Of a DNA stretch of 64,000 nucleotides, positions 56,458-64,000 are shown piece by piece (the stretch's first letter is position 1; the number at the start of each line of letters is the position of its first letter). The DNA is taken from positions 252,415-316,414 of the forward strand of contig JABFRR010000003.1 of the NCBI GenBank assembly GCA_013141065.1, written 5' to 3'. The notes beneath the pieces were generated by a model. The model had not been told where the DNA came from. It made no database searches and saw only the letters and a program-made list of their open reading frames with translations. The stretch is from Bacteriovoracaceae bacterium. Its GTDB lineage: Bacteria; Bdellovibrionota; Bacteriovoracia; Bacteriovoracales; Bacteriovoracaceae. The position numbers were made by a program, and so were the translations under genes.

Positions 56458-57600
56458 ATGACTGCTGTAAAGAAATTAAAAATAACTCCCGGTGAAAGTT
56501 CGATGGAAATCGAAACCAAGCGCTTTAATAAGCGTGCTTTGATCGGAAGTGTGATCATTCATTTATTTTTCTTTTTAATCAAACTACCTCATTTGGTTTT
56601 AGAACATAAATTAAAAGATGATCCAAAATTAATTCCTATTACAATGACAGTAGTCACCCCACCTTCTCGCAATAAATTAGTGGAAAATAAATTAACTGTC
56701 GCTCAACCAGAAAAAACCCCTGTTGAAGCACAGAAAGTTAAAAATGGAACTGATAGAGTGATTCCGAAATCAGATCGTCTTGGAGATAAGACCCAAAAAG
56801 TCGTTCAAGATGTTCAAAAGGGAGATCCTGGTTCAAAAATTAAGACGGCCTACAAGCCTGGCACTGATGTGAGAAAAGCTCCCAAAACAACTGTAGGATC
56901 TGGTTCAGCAGCGAGTAAAGTAAAGGCCGTGGATAATAACACCGGTGGTTCAGGGGATACTTATAAAGGTTTTGATATGACTAACGTTACTGATTCCATT
57001 CAAAAAAGTGGAAAAGGGCTTAATCGCTTAGCGGCCAAAGGGGCCAAAGATGATGGTGGAGCTGGTTTTGGAACCGGTGGTGGAATTGGTAATGGAGTTG
57101 GAGGGGGAACAGGTAATGGATTCATTACTGGTTCACCTAATGGCACTGCCAATATGGCAAAAGTTGCAACAAACATTGGAAGCCTAAGTGGATCTGCTAC
57201 TGGAAAAATTGATTCTAGTCGCGGTTTTGATGGCCTTGCTCAAAAAGGCTCTGTAAGTGTGGCAGGAGTTCCAATAGAAAAAATTTCTGTCTCAAATATT
57301 AATCCAGACGAAATCAGAAGAATCCTTAGAGATCATATTCCACAGTTTCGTTATTGCTATCAAGCTGAATTAGATTCAAATAAAAATCCAGAGGGTCTTC
57401 AAGGGCGCATGACTTTTAAATTTAGTATTGGCGGAACTGGCCGAGTCACTAAGTCTGAAATTCAATCAGAAGAAATTTCTTCAGATAAAGTTCGCGACTG
57501 TATCAAAAATGTTCTAGGAGGAATTCAATTTCCAAGTCCTGGAGCGGGCAAAACAGTTGATGTGTCACAACCGATAAATTTTTATCCTAAGCGAATCTAA
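56458..57600 (+). CDS. TonB-like protein with AgmX/PglI-type C-terminal domain
   Basis: N-terminal TM helix, Gly-rich linker, IRRIL..HIPQFRYCY..EL...LQG...FKF.IG..GRV...CI. Confidence 0.8.
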   Translation: MTAVKKLKITPGESSMEIETKRFNKRALIGSVIIHLFFFLIKLPHLVLEHKLKDDPKLIPITMTVVTPPSRNKLVENKLTVAQPEKTPVEAQKVKNGTDRVIPKSDRLGDKTQKVVQDVQKGDPGSKIKTAYKPGTDVRKAPKTTVGSGSAASKVKAVDNNTGGSGDTYKGFDMTNVTDSIQKSGKGLNRLAAKGAKDDGGAGFGTGGGIGNGVGGGTGNGFITGSPNGTANMAKVATNIGSLSGSATGKIDSSRGFDGLAQKGSVSVAGVPIEKISVSNINPDEIRRILRDHIPQFRYCYQAELDSNKNPEGLQGRMTFKFSIGGTGRVTKSEIQSEEISSDKVRDCIKNVLGGIQFPSPGAGKTVDVSQPINFYPKRI

Positions 57601-57603
57601 TTT

Positions 57604-57999
57604 TTAGTTTCGATATAAAAGTGAATTATTTTTAAAGTTTTTTCTTAAATTTCTTTGATCAATGGGAATTATGAAGGCATTAGCACTAGCTAGTGCCATT
57701 CCAAAAATAATAGAATTCCACATTAACAACGTGCGATCAAAATAAAGTAAAAACCACGGCGATACCATTAACCAAATACCAGTCAAGACTAAAAGCCAAT
57801 ACTCCCATGAAAACATGGCTTTCGTTTTTTGGGTGAGACTCGAAAGAACAATGACAGAGAGTCCTATAAAAAGAAAATTCCACATTGCTACATTGACGGC
57901 ATTGTTCTTAAATCCAGGGCCCAGAGTCCACGGTAAAATAAATACCCAAAAACCAATCACGTAATTAAGTGAGAGAGTCCATTTTAGTTTATTTATCAT
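57604..57999 (-). CDS. SPW-repeat membrane protein
   Basis: GFWVFILPWTLG and GIWLMVSPWFL repeats. Confidence 0.75.
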   Translation of the reverse strand: MINKLKWTLSLNYVIGFWVFILPWTLGPGFKNNAVNVAMWNFLFIGLSVIVLSSLTQKTKAMFSWEYWLLVLTGIWLMVSPWFLLYFDRTLLMWNSIIFGMALASANAFIIPIDQRNLRKNFKNNSLLYRN

Positions 58000-58002
58000 A
58001 AA

Positions 58003-58569
58003 CTAGTACCAGTATTTAAGTGCAAGTCCAGTTGAAAATGAATCCTGGATTTCAGTGGTATAAAGATATTTTGCTGTTAATCCTAAAGATAAATAGTCTC
58101 GTGATTTTGATTGAATGGGTATATCAAAACCAGCGACCGGCCCTGCGGACCATTTAGTTGATGAATCTAAAAACAATGGGCCAGCTGTCACTCCTACATA
58201 TGAGCTACGAAGAACGGGGACATTTCCACCAAAATTATATGTCCCTCTACCCAGCACAGAAGTTTTCTGAACATCTGAATTATCTAATTCGGTAGTGACA
58301 ACTTCTGCTCCAACTCCTATTGGAATTGAAGGCTGATAACCTACATTTATTCCAAACTCTGGTGCAGAATCAATGTCTCCGTTTGGATTATTGAGTCCAG
58401 CAGTTAAACCCATATGCATTTTATACATACTTTTATCTTCGATTTCTCGAGGCTCTGGAAGTGTCCCTTCCATTTTATTTCTCATTTCCATTTTATCTTC
58501 ACGTGACATTTGTGCATGAGCAGTAAGTGAAGAAATTGAGAGAGTGGAAATCAATAAAATTTTGTACAT
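58003..58569 (-). CDS. small outer-membrane beta-barrel protein
   Basis: GGAGG RBS at 58569; signal peptide; eight amphipathic strands; terminal LKYWY. Confidence 0.65.
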   Translation of the reverse strand: MYKILLISTLSISSLTAHAQMSREDKMEMRNKMEGTLPEPREIEDKSMYKMHMGLTAGLNNPNGDIDSAPEFGINVGYQPSIPIGVGAEVVTTELDNSDVQKTSVLGRGTYNFGGNVPVLRSSYVGVTAGPLFLDSSTKWSAGPVAGFDIPIQSKSRDYLSLGLTAKYLYTTEIQDSFSTGLALKYWY

Positions 58570-58722
58570 AGTGCCTCCAATAAAAAATGTAAATCCAAAA
58601 GAATTGGAATAGTCATTTTTATCAAAGTGCAATTGAGAGACCATTTTTAGAAGTCTATAATTAGAGGTAAAGTGCTTACTTTTGTTTTTACTATGTCCAA
58701 TTTTGTCTGAACGATGGGACAA

Positions 58723-59178
58723 TTATTCTCGTAGAGTGAGAATTATTTGGTACTGTGCCAATGAAACTGGATTAATCGACAATCTTGAACCTTTTTGCAC
58801 TAAAGGCATCGCCTCGAGTCCCTTAGTCTCTTTTATTTTTGACAATGTGATGATCTTATTAAAATTTTCAACAAATTCAACTTCCACCATAAACCATCTA
58901 GGATTTTTTAGGTTTGCCTTTGAATCAAAATAATCACTGTTAGAATCAAATTGAGTAGGATCAGGATGTGAGGGCCTAGATATTCTAGCAAGCCCTGCAA
59001 CTCCAGGAACCTCACAGCTTGAATGGTAAAAGAGGACGATGTCGCCAATCTTCATTTCATCCCGCATATAGTTTCGGGCCTGATAATTTCTCACACCATC
59101 CCATCCAGATTTTTTTTTCTTTTTTAGGTCATCAATAGAAAAAACATCTGGTTCACTTTTCATTAACCAATAATTCAT
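58723..59178 (-). CDS. EVE domain protein
   Basis: YWLMKSEP..FSI, WDGVRNYQARNYMR, RLSINPV. Confidence 0.92.
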   Translation of the reverse strand: MNYWLMKSEPDVFSIDDLKKKKKSGWDGVRNYQARNYMRDEMKIGDIVLFYHSSCEVPGVAGLARISRPSHPDPTQFDSNSDYFDSKANLKNPRWFMVEVEFVENFNKIITLSKIKETKGLEAMPLVQKGSRLSINPVSLAQYQIILTLRE

Positions 59179-59236
59179 ACAGGCCTTGGAATTTTTTTGA
59201 GTGTTTCATTGAATGTATGATAATTCTTTGAGTGTA

Positions 59237-59518
59237 CTAAATCAAAGTGAGTTTTCGCATATAAGTCACTTTGAGCTCTTCTTGACTTATGGGGGTGCTT
59301 AATTCGGCGGTTCTTTTTCTTTCTTTTTCCTTTGCTTCTTTCTTTTTCTTTTTTTCTAGCTCTTTTTTACCTTGATCTAATTCAAGATCTAAGGCCACAT
59401 TATTTTGCTCCATTCCCGAAACTGCTGAATCACTGATGGCCGATTTTAGACCGTGTTTCACTAAAGACATCTCAGTCATAAAGTTTTTGTTATTGGGTAA
59501 TTTGCTGTCGATAATCAT
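59237..59518 (-). CDS. hypothetical protein with Lys/Glu-rich coiled coil
   Basis: 93-aa ORF filling the gap on the local strand. Confidence 0.5.
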   Translation of the reverse strand: MIIDSKLPNNKNFMTEMSLVKHGLKSAISDSAVSGMEQNNVALDLELDQGKKELEKKKKKEAKEKERKRTAELSTPISQEELKVTYMRKLTLI

Positions 59519-59618
59519 TGGATTATTATAATCCCATAGGGATAATAACTAAAATTTCTCTTTATTAACTTCTAAGTACTTAATTTTTGAAACTTATTGG
59601 CCTAAGCTTATGGCCATA

Positions 59619-60140
59619 TTAAGAGGCAATTTTCTCTGGAAAAAAATTCCACCACTCTAAGGGATCATCATCTGATAAACGCAGACAAAGTTCAGGTGAC
59701 CACCTGGGTTTTTTAGGAATTTTTTTCAAAACGAGACCTGATGTTTTTAAACTTTTAGACCCTTTTTTCCCATTACATTCTTTACAGCATGTAACGACAT
59801 TTTCCCATGAAGTAGCACCTTGTTGAGACACAGGTACAACATGGTCAAAAGTGAGTTCATGTACGGGCAATTTAATTGAACAATACTGACATTGAAATTG
59901 GTCTCTAAAAAATACATTCATGCGAGTGAATTTTACATTGAGAGAAATTTTATGATTTTGAAATAAGCGGAGAATCTTTGGAAGTTTATAAGAAGTCGAT
60001 ACTGTTCTGATGAGTTTATTATCATACTCATCAACGACCTCTGCTCGGCCGGTCAGATAAAGAATCATGGCCTTTTGCCAGTGAATGATCTTTACAGGAA
60101 AATAGTTGCAGTCCAGAAGCAACGTCCTCATCAAAATCAT
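59619..60140 (-). CDS. HNH endonuclease (McrA-like)
   Basis: RDQFQCQYC, TFDHVVP...G..SWENVVTCCKECN.KK. Confidence 0.9.
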   Translation of the reverse strand: MILMRTLLLDCNYFPVKIIHWQKAMILYLTGRAEVVDEYDNKLIRTVSTSYKLPKILRLFQNHKISLNVKFTRMNVFFRDQFQCQYCSIKLPVHELTFDHVVPVSQQGATSWENVVTCCKECNGKKGSKSLKTSGLVLKKIPKKPRWSPELCLRLSDDDPLEWWNFFPEKIAS

Positions 60141-60230
60141 TATAGCATAAATTCAAAAGAGGTAGGAGAGGAGGCAAGATTTTGTAATAAAATTAGTTAG
60201 CTATGGCCGACCAAAACACTTCTTAACTGA

Positions 60231-61379
60231 CTAGATAGTGCGTAAAAAACGTCGCTCGATCTTCATTTGATAATTAAATTCCTTAAATTTTGAAGGCTTA
60301 ATGTCTACTTTAAGCTCTCTTTTAATCGACTCAATTTCTTCTAACTCCTCTGGAATATAGAGCGTGATTGCCATTCCTCCTTTGTCATGTCTGGCGGTTC
60401 GTCCAATGCGGTGGACATATGAATCACAAGATTGAGGAGGGTTAAAATTTATCACGTGAGTGACATGGGGAATATCGAGTCCTCTTGAGGCCACATCGGT
60501 GGCAACAAGGATATTTATCGTTTTTTCTCTGAAGGCATTTAAAGATTTTTTCCTTTGGTGAGTGGTCATGTCTCCTTCAAGGATGGTGCTCTTATAGTTA
60601 TCTTCAAGCAGGTATGTATTTAAAGTGCGCGCTTCTTCTTTTGTTTTAGTAAAAACTAAGCATGATTTTATTTTTTTATGTTTTAATAAAAATTTAAAAA
60701 AAGGATAGCGTAACTCTGGTGATATAGGACAAAAAATTTCTTCGATAACTTCCTTAGGTTTATTTGATTCAATATCAATTGTTACTGAATCAACTAAAAA
60801 TTCTTCAGTTAATTTTTTTACTTCTTCGTTCATTGTTGCAGAAAAAAGCAGAGTTTGAGTTCGGTTATTTGTCGCTTCGAGAGCAAATTGCAAGTGGGGA
60901 TAAAACCCCATATCCATCAACTGATCGGCTTCATCTAAAACAAGTGTCTCAACTCCACTGAGGTCAATGGTCTTTTTTTCAATGTGATCCTTCAAGCGAC
61001 CTGGACAAGCAACGATCAAATGAATGCCCTGTTTTAATTCTCTTTCTTGTTCACTAAAGCTAGAACCACCATAAAGACTGGTGCAGATGATTTTTGTATA
61101 ACGGGCACATTTTTTAGAAACACCTAAGATTTGCTCCGATAATTCCTTTGTTGGAGTAATGATAAGTATTTTTGTAGGTTTTTTAGCTTTTCCAATGAGT
61201 TTAGAGATCAGAGGAAGAGCGTACGCGAGAGTTTTACCACTTCCTGTTTGTGAAAGGGCAATAACATTCTTACCCTCTAAAATTAGGGGAATGGCCTGAG
61301 ATTGGACATCGGTAAAATTATTAATCTTCATGTCTATTAAGGCTTTTGTAATTTCTTCTGGAAAACTAAAATTGTTCAT
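60231..61379 (-). CDS. DEAD-box RNA helicase
   Basis: QTGSGKT, PGRL, DEAD, SAT, HRIGRTAR. Confidence 0.95.
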   Translation of the reverse strand: MNNFSFPEEITKALIDMKINNFTDVQSQAIPLILEGKNVIALSQTGSGKTLAYALPLISKLIGKAKKPTKILIITPTKELSEQILGVSKKCARYTKIICTSLYGGSSFSEQERELKQGIHLIVACPGRLKDHIEKKTIDLSGVETLVLDEADQLMDMGFYPHLQFALEATNNRTQTLLFSATMNEEVKKLTEEFLVDSVTIDIESNKPKEVIEEIFCPISPELRYPFFKFLLKHKKIKSCLVFTKTKEEARTLNTYLLEDNYKSTILEGDMTTHQRKKSLNAFREKTINILVATDVASRGLDIPHVTHVINFNPPQSCDSYVHRIGRTARHDKGGMAITLYIPEELEEIESIKRELKVDIKPSKFKEFNYQMKIERRFLRTI

Positions 61380-62314
61380 TTTTTTCCCAAGTGAGTCATC
61401 TTAAAGCAATGATGAACTTTACTGTCTCGATAATCTTCTGGGATAGTCTTTGGAGTGATGTCTGTGACAATTGCTAATTCCGCAATTAGTGGGTCTATTT
61501 TAAATTTTCTTTTGTTATTAGAAAAATACAGAACCCCGTCTGGAGCAAGTAGGCGCATGCAATGTTTGATTAAAAAGACTTGGTCCTTTTCTACTTCGAA
61601 ATCTTCTTCCATTTTTTTTGAATTCGAAAAAGTTGGAGGATCAAGAATGATAAGATCAAATCGACTCGATGCTTTTTCTAGATAAACCATTGCACTGTCG
61701 GTAACAAAAATGTGGTCTTTAAGAGGAATAAAGTTTGCTTCAAAATTCTTTCGGGCCCAATCTTGGTAGGTTGTAGACATATCGACACTGGTGACTTGTC
61801 TTGCTCCACCCAAAGCGGCAACGACACTAATTGATCCAGTATAAGAAAAAAGATTTAATACTTTTTTTCCCTGACTTTCTTTAAAGACCATTTGCCTCAA
61901 AGGCCTGTGGTCTAAAAAAAGCCCGGTGTCTAGGTAGTCATGTAAATTGACAATGAAATTCGCAGTTTTTTCAGTCACCAGCATTGTTTCATTTTTATCT
62001 TCTAGTTTTGTGTATTGGGTGCTTCCTTTTTGCTTAGAACGAGATTTAATAATGACTCTTTCTTCAGGAATATTAAGAATTTCTTTTACCGCAGAAATTA
62101 TATAATTAAAATGATCAAATTTTTCGGCATCAATTTCATCATCACGCTTTTCAAATATCACTGCATAATCTTTATAGACATCTACAATAAAAGGAAAATC
62201 GGGAATATCTTTTTCATATAATCGATAGGCTTCAATGATTTCTCTCGCGGCCAATTTTTTACGGTGTTTGTAGTTTTTTTCGATGCGGTTTTTAATGGTG
62301 TTATAATCAGACAT
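61376..62314 (-). CDS. RlmK/RlmI-like rRNA SAM-methyltransferase
   Basis: DYLDTGLFLDHR, LNLFSYTGS, ILDPPTFSNSKKM. Confidence 0.88.
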   Translation of the reverse strand: MSDYNTIKNRIEKNYKHRKKLAAREIIEAYRLYEKDIPDFPFIVDVYKDYAVIFEKRDDEIDAEKFDHFNYIISAVKEILNIPEERVIIKSRSKQKGSTQYTKLEDKNETMLVTEKTANFIVNLHDYLDTGLFLDHRPLRQMVFKESQGKKVLNLFSYTGSISVVAALGGARQVTSVDMSTTYQDWARKNFEANFIPLKDHIFVTDSAMVYLEKASSRFDLIILDPPTFSNSKKMEEDFEVEKDQVFLIKHCMRLLAPDGVLYFSNNKRKFKIDPLIAELAIVTDITPKTIPEDYRDSKVHHCFKMTHLGKK

Positions 62315-62843
62315 TGTGATTCTGCTTTTTTGATCCTAGTTTCTTTTCAAGTTTTATAACTTCTTCCAGGCTCTGATTATGAAACCGAATGCAGTACTCA
62401 CCGAGCTTAAGGGTGATGTCGGCATTAATTTTTTTATGAATTCCAAAAACTTCAAAGGCAAACTGAGGATAACGTTCGACGACTTTTTCTAAAGGCTCTT
62501 TTGTGACAAATTCAACATGCTCGAGACCACTTTTATAACTATGTCCTGGCTTAGGAGCTGGAAGCTCTAAAAGATCAATATTTCGGTTTTTAAAGACAAT
62601 GGGCTTGTGAAGTTTAAATGTAGATATCAATCGGTGATTGACCATCGATTCAATAAGTAGTTCACCAAAGTTCATGAGTTCTGATTTTTTTAATTTATAT
62701 TCGTCAAGCGAGCTGACTCGGTAACATAAATGATCGAGTGGGTATTTATCTAAATCTAAACCGATGTCATCAAGTTTAGAAAAAAGATCTTCTAAAAAAA
62801 TAATGGGATCAGTAATGATGTCGGCAAGACTTTGAGGCTGCAT
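62307..62843 (-). CDS. YecM-like VOC family protein
   Basis: LDHLCYRV, INHRLI, LELPAPK, GLEHVEFV, FHNQSL. Confidence 0.85.
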   Translation of the reverse strand: MQPQSLADIITDPIIFLEDLFSKLDDIGLDLDKYPLDHLCYRVSSLDEYKLKKSELMNFGELLIESMVNHRLISTFKLHKPIVFKNRNIDLLELPAPKPGHSYKSGLEHVEFVTKEPLEKVVERYPQFAFEVFGIHKKINADITLKLGEYCIRFHNQSLEEVIKLEKKLGSKKQNHNV

Positions 62844-62860
62844 TTTTTATCCTATATTTC

Positions 62861-64000
62861 TTAGCGGTAGTCAGAGTTTTTATAAAAATGAACATTAGGA
62901 TTTTTTTCCATGACTAGTTTTAAATCCCATTCAGACCTAACAGAAAAACAAATTCTTTTTTTATGATCATAAACGATATTCGAAGAATTTGTTGCCATGA
63001 ATTTTCCTTCGTCTTTTTCAGTGTCAAATTTAAGCCATCTTACCCCAATAAAACTATGACCTTCATAAGCTGCATTCACATTATATTCGTCTTCTAGGCG
63101 GTATTTCACAACTTCAAATTGTAAGGCCCCGACCGCCCCTAAGATTTTTTCACCAGTTGAATGCCTAGTGAAAAGTTGAACTGTTCCTTCTTCTGAAAGT
63201 TGCTGCAAACCTTTTTCAAGTTGTTTTCCTTTCATGGGGTCTTTTAAAACAACTTTATTAAATATTTCTGGGGCAAAATTGGGAATTCCGGTAAACATAA
63301 ACTTCGATTTTTCTGTGAAGGTATCACCAATTTGAAATTTTCCATTATCATGAAGCCCGATAATATCTCCGGGAAATGCTTCTTCTGTAATTTCTCTATC
63401 TTGAGCTTGAAACATTAAGGGAGTGGCAATCTTCAATTCTTTATCAGTTCGTACGTGATAGATTTTTTGGTTGCGATTAAATTTTCCTGAACACACTCTT
63501 AAAAAAGCAATGCGATCGCGGTGTTTTTTATCCATGTTCGCTTGAATTTTAAAAATAAAGCCGGTGAATTCTTCCGTGGTTAATGGATCAATAATTTGCG
63601 TTTTTGCTTCTGAATCAAATGGGTAAAGTTTAACTTCTCGGGGCTTGGGCCCTGGAGCTGAGCTTGAAATCATATCCAGAGTTTCTTTAACGCCAAAATT
63701 ATTAAGTGCTGATCCAAAAAATACAGGAGACTGAATTCCAGCGAGAAACTCTTCTGTTTCAAAACGACCAATAAGAGCGGCCACCATTTCGAGTTCTTCT
63801 TTGAGAATTGCCAACAAGGGGGCTCCAATGAAGGCCAGAACTTCTGGAGAATCAAGATTGGCGGCATCTATAATTTTTGGATTAAAAGGATCTTTAGCGT
63901 CTTTAAAACTCATGATCTGCTTAGTTCTTAAATCGAATACACCTTTGAAGTCCACTCCCGAACCAATCGGCCATGTCATGGGTACGCATTGGATGTTGAG
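62861..64000 (-). CDS. prfC: peptide chain release factor 3, 5'-partial
   Basis: MTWPIG, VFFGSALNNFGV, FKIQANMD..HRDRIAF.RVCSG, GAVGALQFEV; frame open to the window edge. Confidence 0.95.
   Translation of the reverse strand, partial: LNIQCVPMTWPIGSGVDFKGVFDLRTKQIMSFKDAKDPFNPKIIDAANLDSPEVLAFIGAPLLAILKEELEMVAALIGRFETEEFLAGIQSPVFFGSALNNFGVKETLDMISSSAPGPKPREVKLYPFDSEAKTQIIDPLTTEEFTGFIFKIQANMDKKHRDRIAFLRVCSGKFNRNQKIYHVRTDKELKIATPLMFQAQDREITEEAFPGDIIGLHDNGKFQIGDTFTEKSKFMFTGIPNFAPEIFNKVVLKDPMKGKQLEKGLQQLSEEGTVQLFTRHSTGEKILGAVGALQFEVVKYRLEDEYNVNAAYEGHSFIGVRWLKFDTEKDEGKFMATNSSNIVYDHKKRICFSVRSEWDLKLVMEKNPNVHFYKNSDYR

Noticed and set aside
1350-63867. Many short ORFs in the track that overlap confident genes (e.g. 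7589-7885, 11565-11831, 27162-27488, 28771-29205, 34558-34944, 55877-56311)
   Set aside because: Antisense or alternative-frame shadows of well-supported genes, with no motifs or RBS
1-64000. CRISPR array, rRNA, retron or group II intron
   Set aside because: No regularly spaced repeats, rRNA sequence or RT motifs seen

Overview
AT-rich bacterial chromosome segment. Its gene content (LRR, PilZ and cNMP proteins, many Cys-rich secreted or lipoproteins, an ExbBD/AgmX-type TonB module, sigma28-like promoters) suggests a predatory Bacteriovoracaceae-like Bdellovibrionota; this is inference, not a database result. 1-31.7 kb is mostly core: a FabH-like/fabG/hydrolase/acyl-CoA ligase cluster, panD, serB, pgsA, glpX, yggS, queA-tgt-yajC-tatA-secD-secF and ihfB. 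It also holds a 5.2-kb gene for a giant mosaic lipoprotein (cadherin-like/Ig, phage-like modules, FN3, FGE/C-type-lectin tip) behind a FliA-type promoter. tRNA-Cys(GCA) at 31744-31821 is followed by a tyrosine integrase and an accessory region. That region contains an intact IS1111-type IS110 element (ends, TA core and hairpin target reconstructed), a frameshifted IS110 with a structured leader, and stress-type cargo. Then come pstSCAB, ppa, tpx, a complete IS4/IS50-like element (41-bp TIRs, 10-bp TSD, frameshifted) that interrupts a secreted-protein gene, several single-base frameshifted accessory genes, and housekeeping genes ending in a partial prfC. No CRISPR array, rRNA or reverse transcriptase was seen.
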